A DNA stretch of 64,000 nucleotides from the human T2T-CHM13v2.0 reference genome, Homo sapiens. This document shows, piece after piece, positions 14,501 to 26,926 of this stretch. A program made the position numbers and the translations under genes. The first letter of the stretch is position 1, and every line of letters begins with the position of its first letter. The notes under the pieces are model-generated. The model had not been told where the DNA came from and searched no databases. It saw nothing but the letters and a program-made list of their open reading frames with translations. The stretch lies in NCBI RefSeq assembly GCF_009914755.1, contig NC_060942.1, one strand, 5' to 3'.

Positions 14501-16703
14501 TAATAGAACACATAGGGCCTCCTGGATCTTTGTTTTAAAACAAACAACCAAAACAAAACAACAAAAAGCATTGAGCAGTATTACACTCCAGAGTGACTTT
14601 TTCATATTGGAAGTACCTAATTTCTGAACGTTCTGCTTTACAGCTCTGATTTCGGTGAAATTTAGCAAATTTTACTGTCTCTGCTGTGAAAAAAGTTTTC
14701 CTAGGTTTGAATAGAATGGATTGATGTCATTGTGATAATGCTGAAGACTTCCTGTAACATTGTTGTTGATATGCTGTACTTAAGAGTTTTCTAAGATTCT
14801 TCTATTTACTTGTTACTTGCCTGCTTCAAGGAATAGTGAGTCTTTGGTGACTCCAGAGGGGTTTGTTTTTTCTGAGTCGTTCTCTTAAGTCTATACTTGT
14901 ATTTTATACCTGAGGCTATCTGAAAATAGCAGAGTTCTGCTGCTGCTAGAGTTAGATTGGGCTCCCTTGAAAGAATACGGGTAGTGGGGGTTATGGCCTA
15001 GGAATATTTTTACACTCTTCTGCTTTCCAGAATTAGCCCATTTATCCACTTTATGGATTTGGGTGTTATATAGAGTGTTCAGTATTTTTAAAGATGCAGT
15101 TTCAAGTAGTAATTGATTCTTCATGTCAGTACTGCATTTTCAGATCATTAAAATATTAATGATTTAACTTTTCATGTACTTATGCTGGAATTATTTCAAC
15201 TGTTGAACATTAGGAAGCCTTGGAGAACATGGTTTATGGAAAAAACTTACAATGATAAAAAACTCTAAAATATTACTAGTAAAGGCTATAATAACTTTAT
15301 AACAAATTTTTAAGTGTTGATTTTTATATATGCAGCGCAGGTAAATTGAACATGAAATTGGAAATTGACAAGGATGTTGAAGTAGCAGAAAGTTACCAGT
15401 GAGTTAAGGTATAGATGATATTTTGATGTTTAAAAAATCAGATAGTGTACTGCATTTTATTGCATCTTACATACCTTTGTTTATAGAATATTCTGTATAC
15501 CACCGTAAAAGTGATAACATTCCAGTTACCATTGTGAGCCACATTCCAATTTCAGAAATGTTAAAATATAGTAGGAAACATTTTGAAATAGTGAATATAG
15601 TGCATAAGGACAGTAAAAATGTTAATTGTGTAGTAAGATCAGAAAATAGTTTGGGAGAAATGATTTTAGCCTTTTATTAGTATATTTACCCCAAAAAGAA
15701 GTCATATAACTTTATACCGCTTTATTCTACTTTCCTGAGAGAAACACACATAAGAAATTTGAAAAATATCCTTAAAGTGTATTCAAAGGCATGCCAGTGG
15801 TTTGTGTATGTTAATCTTATTTGGGGGCTTTCAGAGTGAACCTGTAGTTTTCTTGGTAATTACCTTTTCTAAAACATGATACTTATCTACAGTGTCATGT
15901 AAATGAAACTTAACTGAAGTATATAATAAAATATGTTTGTTCTCACATAATACTTTGGAATAACACCTTTGTCCCTCCCTTGTCAAAGTGATTTGATTCT
16001 TAGAAATGAGCTGCATGTAGAATTTTATGCAAAGATATTTTCTTTAGTTCATGAAATGACATCCAAACTCATTTCAGTTTCTTTCTAATAAAATTTTCAC
16101 AGAACCTACTTTTAATACACATAGAAGACTGGCAGTAGAGAACATGGAAAGTTTATACTTACCATCTTTTTAGTTGCTTTCTAATGCTATAAATGCATTA
16201 ATAGTAACATATATTCACTAACCACATGCATTTCATCCAAACTCGTTTGCCAAGAAAATTAGTTTAATAGTCCATTTAATTCTGTAGGATATTGTATTTT
16301 CTTATTAATAATTAGAGTATTGTGGTGCATTCTCTAAATCATTCAGTAGACATGTAACTTTTGATTAATGATAATTTTAAATGTGGCTCTGAAATTTCAT
16401 ATGTAACAGTAGGTTAGAGTACATAATGCAGGCACTATGTTAGATTTTCAGATTAATAAATATCAGGTGATGAAATGTGCAAAATAGTGCATCAGCAGGA
16501 TTGTATATGCTGTACATTTTTGCCTGATTCTTTAAGATCTCAAAACCAACTTTAAGCTTCTGGTTATATAATTTCATGTGTAATAAGCAATTAAGTTTAT
16601 ATTTTGTAGTATTTATAGTAATAATTTCTCCAGTCCTCCTTAATGCCCCCCTCCACCATGGAAATTCTCAAACAGAAACAAAAGTAGAGAGAATAGAAAA
16701 TCA

Positions 16704-17011
<308 letters not shown>

Positions 17012-19115
17012 ATTAAACTCTCATGTATCCATCATCTGGCTTCAAGAGTTGTCAACTCATGGCTAGTTTTGTGGCATGGATACCTCTTTCTCTTTGTCTC
17101 CCTCAGACCTGTTTTGTTTGTTGTTGAAGAAGAAATTGAGGTATTTCTCTTTTCCAGTTTCCTGCAGTCTGGATTTGCATCCCTTTAATGGTGCATGCCA
17201 TGTCCCTTTGTCCCGTATATTTCCTGTAAATTAGGTCTAGAGGCTTGATCAGGTTGAGGATCTTTTTCCCCCTAGTAAAAACACAGATGGTATATGTATA
17301 TGTTAATACTCTTCATTTAAAAACTGAGCAGCATGAAAACGTTTCTATTTTGATTTTTCTATAAAGCATTTTATACTAAAATAGAGCATGGGTAACAGAA
17401 GGATATTTATAATCAGGGCCACTAGATGTCTCCCACCTACTCTTTATGTTATCTGTGCCATCCACAAAAGATTTTTGTCACCTTCAGAACTCTGCCGGTT
17501 CCTTTTGACCACTGATGTACCAATCTCAAAATCTGTTGGTTGTTCTTTACTTTCAGAGACTGGCAAGTAGAAATGACTATACGAGTTTAACAGTATTTGA
17601 TTTTTAAAGCTTTAAAGGCTGATTTTATATGGAGTATTACACTTCTGTACTTATAGTTTTTACTACACTTGTTGATGATTTTTGTCATTGAGAATTTTTA
17701 AAAACTCTACCAACTCTCATATTTAAGGAGCTTACTTACTGGGCAAACATTAGGCAGGACTTGTTTTTAAAAACTATGTTACTTGAGTTTCCTATAATTT
17801 TTAAAGTAATTTTCTACTATTTTAATGTTCCACATAAAATCCCAATTTATCCTGAGAACAGGGGAAAACTAATGCACACTTTTTTCATCATCATTTTCTG
17901 AAATCTATTTTTAAATTCTGGACGTGGTTGAGGACACAGTGAATAGTTTCATATCCTGCAGCTCTGGTATTGGTAGGTGGCTTTGTACCACTGGCTGAAA
18001 CAATCACCCTAAAGTCAGCTTTACCAGCTCGTCCTGTTCTTGTACAGATGAAGCCTGACTGAAGAGAGATGGCTTTTCTGCTGCCTTGATGCCACTATTT
18101 TTTGTTTAGAAATGTTTTGAGGATGCCTAAAAAACAATCTACAAGAGAATAAAACTTTAGATTTTAAAATAAGTAATGCATAAAATATATTTTCATCCCA
18201 TTTTTGACCTCACCTCATTCTTTAGCCATCCCTTATAGATGAGAAGTTTAACATAGCACCTTCCAAATTTAATATATCCCAGAACCTGTTTTTCTTGGAC
18301 ATTTATTAACGTCTCAAAAACATAAGGAAGAAAGTTTGGGAAGTGCTGATCAGGCACATTGCTCTTTTTATGTCTGTATCAAGAGATAACATTACTTTTG
18401 ATGAGAATTCTTGTTCTAATGGGAGGGGTACATAAGACAGGTTTGACAATCATTATAATGAGAGATAGCAATTGGTTAGAGACATAAGAACCCTGAATGA
18501 AATAATGTGATAGTCAAGACTAGTAAATAACCACTATAGAGAGATTCAGAAAAGCTACAGGGAAGAGAAGCCATTTTAGTTGGGCATGGGAAGGCAAATA
18601 GGGATTTGGTGTTGCAGCGATGGAAGCCGTGAGGGGATGTGAGCAAAGGCATGGAAGCAGGAGAATGTGAGGCACGTTGGAAGGAAGGCAGTGGGTGGCT
18701 GTTTGACTGCAAGATGAAGTACTGTGGGATGGGAGGAAAAGGTCTAGCAGGTGATAGTTTTGGAAAATTAGGTTCAATTCCCCATTACAGAGGTTGGACT
18801 CTAGGAGGCCATAAGAATAACAATGAAGGCTGCACTTTAAGGAGATCAGTGTGGCAGTAGTTTTTGAGTTGGGAGCCAACACCATGCAGTGACTCAGGTG
18901 AGTGGGGCAAGGTGACGAAGTCTTGAGTCAGGACACTGGTGTGGAGGTAGAGGACAAGACAGCCCCTTGAAAGGGTTAACAGCCTAGGAGAGGGTGGGCT
19001 CAGAAAGGGTTCTGGTTGTTGAGGGCACAGTTCAAACACAAATGTTATTAAATAGAATCATGAATCAATCAATTGCTATGAAATTAATGTTAGTTAAGTT
19101 TCTTCCTATTCTTAG

Positions 19116-19290
19116 TTCTAGAGCCAGTACAAAAGCCTCATGAAGGTCCTGGAGAAATGGGGAAACCAGTCGTCATTCCTAAAGAGGATCAAGAAAAGAT
19201 GAAAGAGATGTTTAAAATCAATCAGTTCAATTTAATGGCAAGTGAGATGATTGCACTCAACAGATCTTTACCAGATGTTAGGTTAGAAGG
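19116..19290 (+). CDS. GALNT1: GALNT1 exon 3: stem
   Basis: Acceptor ttcttag; [59 protein letters not shown]; donor GG|gtaagt. Confidence 0.97.
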
Positions 19291-20476
19291 GTAAGTACTT
19301 ACTGTGGTCCTGATAGTATGTGAATGAAAAGTATATTCTGAATTTTCAGTAAATTGCACTTGAGTGCTGATTGTTCTTAAGGCAAATGTTATATCACTAT
19401 GTTACTACTTACCCCACTTAGAAAATAATTAAATGCTGATAGAAATAATATCTCAAGCTTCTACTGATTATTAGCACTATGTATTTCAGGCATTGGAAGA
19501 TAATTATTTATCTTAATGGATTAGAAGGGGATTTTAAACTTTATTATTACCAAAATACTCACATACTCAACTTTTTACAAAAAGATTTAAGTTGTATGTA
19601 ACTTGAAACAGTGAAATACACAGTCGTAAGTATACAGCTCACTGAATTTTTTGCTATGTATACACCTGTGTAACCATCAGCCAAATCAAGACATAGAATG
19701 ATCCCATCACCCCTGAAAGTCTCCTTATGTTTTTTGTAGTCATTACTTACATCCCCAGAGGCAGCCGTTATATTGACCTCTCTAAACATAGATTAGTTTT
19801 GTCTCTTTTTGAACTTTTTATGATGGATCCACACCATTTTTTGTGCCTTTAAGATTCATATTGTTGCATGTATCAGAATTTTATTCTTTTCTACTGCAAA
19901 TAGTGATTTGTAATATGAATATGCCATTGTTTATTTATACATTGATAGACCTTTGGATTATTTCTACTTTTTGACCCCTATAAATAAAGCTATTGTGACA
20001 TTCTTGTTCATGTCTTTTGGAGGACTTAAGTGCCCATTACCGTATGCTATGTACTAGAGAAAGGAATAGGTTATGCATTTATATAGCATTAGCATGTGCT
20101 ACCAAATATTTTCCCAAAATGTTTATACCAATTTACACTCCTATCAGCAATATATTAGTTAGATGTCTAGTTGCTCCATAAGAAGAAGGTAATACAAGGT
20201 ACTAGAGTACCATAGGCCCAGTTAAAAGCAAGCAAACTATACAGAAAATAGGTAGAGTAAGTGAACATGTACATTCTGTGCTGAGGCCCCCTAAACTCCT
20301 TGCTCTCATTGATGCTGGCAGCCAAGCTTGCCTCCTCCAGAGAAGAGACTGGAAGATCTTTCTCATCAGAATTGGATAGGCCTAGAGAGAAGGGTAAGTA
20401 CCTAGTGTGGTCCTGATAGTATATGAATGAAAAGTATGTGCTGAATTTCCAACAAATTGCACTTTAGTGCTGATTG
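19285..20476 (+). repeat. Dispersed direct duplication: 19285-19373 copied at 20388-20476
   Basis: Ungapped 89-nt alignment with 9 mismatches, counted by eye; includes the exon-3 donor. Confidence 0.95.
19560..20180 (-). mobile_element. Old L1 3' UTR fragment
   Basis: tatacacctgtgtaaccatcagccaaatcaagacatagaa; tataccaatttacactcctatcagcaa. Confidence 0.75.
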
Positions 20477-20599
20477 ACTTGGGAAAGTTTCCAACTTAAT
20501 GGCACAGCCTGATCACCCTTATGGAAACTCATAGTCATTGAGTCCTACTCATGTGTTTAGGCCTCATATTCAGCCTCTTGGTCTTCCATTCTTAATAAC

Positions 20600-21780
20600 A
20601 AATAGGTAAGCAAGGAATACTAGACATCTCAGGAAACCCTCAACAAACAGAGAAAAGCAACTTTGAGGAAACAAAAACTATTAAGGTAGAACACATAAAG
20701 AGAAATAACTAATAACCTCAACAAAATAGAGAATATATTACAACCATAAAATGAGAATAGGATATTATTCAAAAGATACACTGAGAGAACCAGAAAGAGC
20801 TTTTGAAAATAAAGAAAAATGCACCAAAGAGATGGACAACAGTAAAATTATATGAACATTGAAATAACAATCAAGAAATCCAATATTTTAATAATAGGAG
20901 TCTCAAAAAGAATTTTAAAAATAGGGAAGAGAAAATTTATCCACAAAATTTTCCATAACTGAACTGCACAAATTTTCAAATTGAAAGAGCCCACCAACTT
21001 TTTGGGACAATAGATGAAAATAGACTGTACTCCAAGACATTGTGACTTTCAGAACACTGAGGATTTCAACCCCCAGGGGGGAAAAAAGACCTTTTACAGG
21101 TTTCTTAAGAGGCGAAAGAAGGTCACAATCAAAAGGTTATTAATCAGAATGCCTTCAGACTTCTCAGCAACTCTAGAAACAAAGGAGCAAAATTCTAAAG
21201 GAAAATAATTTCCAATCTAAAATCTTATATTCAGCCAAACTTGCAATAAAGTGCACAGGTTAAATAAGGATATTTTTGGACATGCAAGATCTCAAAACAT
21301 TGAACTCCCAAGCATCCATTCTCAGGAAGTTACTAGAGATAGGACGCTACCATTTAAAACCTTGGTTTTAAATAAACCAAGGACAAGAGAGACATAGAAT
21401 GTAAAAAACAGGAGATTCAGCTTGTGTAAGAAATGGTGAGAATGACCAGAAGGTGATGAAGGGAGAGCCTGAGTGAGAGTTGCACAGGCAGAGGCGACCA
21501 GCCCAGATGGAGCCAGTGAGAAAATTCCAGAAGAGACTTCAAAAAGATACCATTGAAGTTACACCTGATATGGCTGAATGTCTAGAGTAGATTTAGACAA
21601 TTGATAGGAAGTTTGGGATTGAAATACATAGAAAACCATAGTAAGAAAAAAATTAAATGAGCATTACCTTCAGGGAAAACTTTAAAAAAATTGTTCAGAG
21701 AAAACAAAAGTAATCATAGTTTACTACTACATGGCTTAGCCATGAATAAGTCATAATAAGGTAACTGTTGAATATTGTGC
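20600..21780 (+). mobile_element. Old L1 ORF1-region fragment
   Basis: A-rich; ttcaaattgaaagagcccac; cttcagacttctcagcaac; atattcagccaaact. Confidence 0.7.
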
Positions 21781-24448
21781 ATGTAAAAATTAAACCAAGG
21801 AGATGAAGAGTATCTCTTTATCTGGCAAGTTGATTAAGTGGAGATCAGTCAAGAGAAGCTTAATTTGTAAAGATTTTTCACAAACCATTTGCTTTCCTGA
21901 AAATTTAAACATTGTTGAAGAAAACTATAGACTCTCCACAGTCTACAGTTAAAATGATGCCTGTATTATAAACAACCTTACATTTACTTCAAGAGCCTCA
22001 ATCAACTATTATTGTTTCTGGTAGAATTGTTTTTGTCATTTTAATAACCCCCCTAAGTATATCACCACTCTTAACACATTTTATTAAATATTTATGTCTT
22101 TTTGTCTTTATGTGGTTTTTGAAGATACTTTTATTAATGAGTGCCTTTTAAGTGCATTGTAAGTCACCAGTTTTTGGACATTGAACAGCTTTATGATATT
22201 AGGAATAGTGTTGAAATGGTGTGATACAAATGCTTGTGCACCAAGTTTCACACTTGAAGACTCTTCAGACTTGACGAAGTCCACTTTTGTGAAAGCTGCC
22301 AATACACAGTCCTTCTGGCCAACTGCTGGGTCTCTGTGGGACTGGGCTGCCTAGGAGGTAGCGCAGAGTCACTACTACCACTGAGTAGCCTTTTTATATC
22401 TTCACTCTATCTCTGGACTGATAACCTTTTTTAAAAAAAAAAAGTTTTAGAAGACTTTTTATTATGGAAAATTTCAAATGTATACAAAAATAGAGATAAT
22501 AATGTAATGAACCCTCTTGTATTTACCACCCAGCTTCAACAATTCCTAACAGTTTTGTCTTACGAATTCTTATACCCTCTGAGATGTCCGTCAACAATCT
22601 TTGCCTCCTGGTATTGACACCTCTTTGTAGTCTCCATCTTGCACTAAGATTGGTCTGTGTGAGCAATAGAACATGGTGCAAGTAAAATGGAGTATCTCCT
22701 TCAATATTATGTTATCAAATATGCTGTGGCTTTCATGTTGGTCTTTTACTCTTGCTGTGATCATTTGCTCTGGGATAAGCCCCTGGACACAATAGGTGCA
22801 GCCCTATGTCGACACCCGTGTGGTTTATGGCTTTTTGTGAACAACCAAAGAAGTAAGATTAGAAGCATATTCTCCAGCCCCAAGCAAAGACAAAACATTT
22901 CTAAATATTTCAATATGTAGCTCTGAAAGATAAGGACTCATAGAAAAGAAAAATAAAAATGATTATACCATTTTCACCCCTAAAAATAACATAAACAATG
23001 ATACTTTCATATCATAAAATACCCAGTTAATATTCCAACTTCCCTAGTTATGACATATATATTTCTTTTTTTATAGCGTAGGTGTCAGGATCAAAATTGC
23101 AGCTGGTGGATATTCTCTTAAGTCTCTTTTAGTCTGTAGGTTCCTTCTCTGTTTTTTTTCCTTACAGTTTATTATTTGAAGAATCCAGGTAGAATGCCTT
23201 ACATCTTTTCTCAGCCTACATTTTGCTGACTGCATCACTGTGGTGTCATTTGAACATGTTCTTCAGTTCCCTGTCCTGTGAATTGGTAGTTAGACCTAAA
23301 GGCATATCGTACCAATATCCTTAAAGTCAAGTAAATTGTGTGGTTGTGGTATTAAAGGTGTGAGATCTGGCCCATAATATGCATTGTTATTATGGACAGG
23401 TTCATTACATGTTTCATTTGTCTACTTTCCCTTTTTGTAGCTCCTGTTAGCTAGGCATTAAGTGCACTAAGGAAGAAAATATGTTATCAAAGTTGATGAT
23501 GTGAATGCTGCATATCAAAACTTGTGAAATGTAGCTAATTCCATGCTTAGGTGATAATATATACCTTTAAATGCATATGACTTTTTTAAAAAGAAGATGG
23601 AAAGTTACTGAACTAACCATCTTAAGAAATTAGAAAAGGAACACATTAAAGAGAATAAGTAGAAGGAAGAGTGGAAACTTAAAACTTGGAAACTTAGGAA
23701 ATAAAAACGTACAGTAGAGGAACAGCAAAGTCAAAAGTTCATGGGAAAAAATGATTAAAAAATGATAAAATTGACTAATCAAGAAAATAAGAGAGTCACA
23801 AATCCATAAAAGGTGGCGTCATTACAGATCCAGACCTTAAAAGATAATATATCACAAAGATGAGAAATTATAAAGTAGAATACAAACATCGAGTATAGAG
23901 GCTCAACAAAGCTGAAAGTTCTTTGGAAAAAAATCAACAAAATCAAAAAACGCTCTCCTAAATAGCAGATAATGGTATGAAAAAGACAGCATCCCTACAC
24001 ATCTTGCAGACGTTTGAAAGATTATATGTAGATTATATGAGGTTTTTTAAAATAGTCAAACTCGTAGAGGCAGGGTGTAGAATAGTAGTTGCCAGGGTCC
24101 GGTGGCAGGGGAGAAATGAGGAGATGCTGATTAGTGGGCATAAAGTTTCAGTTATGCAAGATGAATAAGGACTAGATACCTGCTATACAGTATTGTGCCT
24201 GTAGATAACAATGCTGCATTGTACCCTTAAAAACCTATTAAAAAGGTAGATCTCATGGTAAGTGTTCTTACCACAATGACGTAAAGATAAGATTATAAGT
24301 GAATATTATAAAATCCCAATTTTTTAAAATTTAGATGAAATTAGTAGTTCCTAGAAAAATATAACTTAGTAAAATTGACATCAGAGAAAAGAAAGTATAA
24401 GTTCTATAGCTATTAAGTAGAATTAATTATTTAAAAGCATTACACACA

Positions 24449-24746
<298 letters not shown>

Positions 24747-25496
24747 TTACACACAGACATTCACACAGTTAGACATAAACACAGACTTCCAGGCATAGAT
24801 GGCTTTGCCAATGAAAATGAAGCAACATATCAAACTTATTTCATGAAATCAGCATGATCTTGATATGAAAATCTGACAAGGTTATTACAACAAAGAAATA
24901 TTACAGACCAGTAGTCTCGATACAGATGCAGATTTATAAGTGAAATCCAGCAATATATAGAATAAATGATACATTAAAAATAAATTGGTTTATTCCAGAC
25001 ATGTGAAGTTGGTTTAGGATTTGAAGATCATTTAGATTCACCACATTTATAGGAAAACAGGCGATAAGTTATGTGATCATTTCATTAGATACAGGAAAAA
25101 CATTTGATAAAATTTGTCACTGTCATGATAAAACCCCTTAGCAAACTAGAATAGAAGGGAACTTCTTTAATCTGACAAAAGATTTCTAGAAAAACAAAAC
25201 CCTCCCAGCAAATATCTATATTTAATAATAATGTTGTAAGCTTTCCCTTTGAGATCTGGAACATGACACAGATGCCTGTTAACACCACTTCTGTTCAGTG
25301 TCTTACTGGAGGTCTTAGCCAGTGTAAGGAGGCAAGCAAAAGAACTCACTGTTATGAGGACTGGAAGAGAGGAATTAAAATTTATTAAAATTTATTACTT
25401 TAAGAAGTTCATTAAAATTTTATTATTTGCAGTTGACATGATTGTGTATAACAAAAATCCAAAAGAATTAGAGGATTAGAATAAAAAAGTGTTTAG

Positions 25497-25801
25497 AGAC
25501 CGGTCACGGTGACTCACACCTGTAACCCTAGCACTTTGGGCACCTGAAGCAGGAAGATTGCTTGAGTCCAGGAATTCAAGACCAGCCTGAGCAACATTGA
25601 TGAGACCCCATCTCTACAAAAAAATTAAATAACTAGCTGGACACAGTGGTGCATGCCTATAGTCCCAGCTGCTCAGGAGGCTGAGGCAGAAGGATAACTT
25701 GAGCTCAGGAGTTCGAGATTGCAGTGAGCCATGATTACACCACACTGCACTCCAGCCTCGGTGACAGTGTGAGACTCTGCCTCAAAAAAAAAGAAAAAAA
25801 A
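25497..25801 (+). mobile_element. Alu (AluJ-like)
   Basis: Diverged dimeric consensus. Confidence 0.92.
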
Positions 25802-26716
25802 TATTCAGTAAGGTTGAAGGTTTTAAGGTCTATATTAAAAAGAAAAATACGTTACATTTCTATATGTTGTTTTCTTACAAAAGCTAGAAAATAAAACAAT
25901 TTTAAATATTACTTATAATGTAGTCTGAAAATATCAAATATCCAAGAAAGGCTCTTCAGAGTAAATTCTAAAGCAAAGAAAAATTAAATACCTAAATAAA
26001 TGGAGAACTATCCCACATTCATGGGGTCAGACTCCTTAATATTATAAAGATGTTGGTTCTTTCTACATTCATTAGTAGGTTTGATGCAGTGCCAATCATA
26101 ACCACGTATACATGTGTAATTTGACAAGTTGATTCTCAAATGTGACTGGAAATGCAAAGACCTGGAAGAGCTAGACATTCTTATAGAATTATTAAGATTT
26201 CTTAGAAAACTGTAATAATTAAGATAATGTGGTATCGTTGCAAGGATAGACAAGCAGATCAGTGGAACACAATAGCGAGTTCATGACCAGTTCTGTACAT
26301 ACTTGAACACTTGGTTTAGGACAACGGTGGCACTATGTGGCAGTAGGAGAAGGATGATCTTCTAAAAAATGAACAAATGAATGACGCTGGGTCAACTTGA
26401 TATAATTCAAGACAAAACTGAAACTGCATCTTTACCTCACATCATACAGAAAAATCAATTTTATATGTATTACCTGAAATAAATGTGAAGGCAAACCAGC
26501 AAAGCCCTAAAAGATCACATAGGAGAAAATATCTTTATGATCTTGGGGTAGGAAAGGACTTTGTTTTAGGTGTATTTGTACTAGATGGCTGGACTTTTTT
26601 TTTCTTTTAAATGACAGCCTACCATTTATTTATTTAATTTTTTGCTTCTCTCGTGCTCATGTTCATAGGCAGCCTACCATTGAAGGGACTCTCACTCTGT
26701 ATATACACACATATAT

Positions 26717-26926
26717 ATTTTTGAGAGACAGGGTCTTGCTCTGTTGCCCAGACTGGAGTGCAGTGGCACAGTCACAGCTGACTGCAGCCTCAACCTCCTG
26801 GGCTCAAACAATCATCCGACCTCAGCCTCCCGAGTAACAAGGACTACAGGTACACACCACTACACTCGGCTAATTTTTTAAACGTTTTGTAGAGATGGGG
26901 GTCTCACGCCACGTTGCCCAGGCTGG
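26717..26926 (-). mobile_element. Truncated Alu (AluJ-like)
   Basis: gagacagggtcttgctctgttgcccag...gttgcccaggctgg. Confidence 0.9.

Noticed and set aside
26648-26680. gtgctc...ggcagc resemblance to the U6 snRNA 5' end
   Set aside because: Too short and gapped, and the A tail is on the opposite strand.
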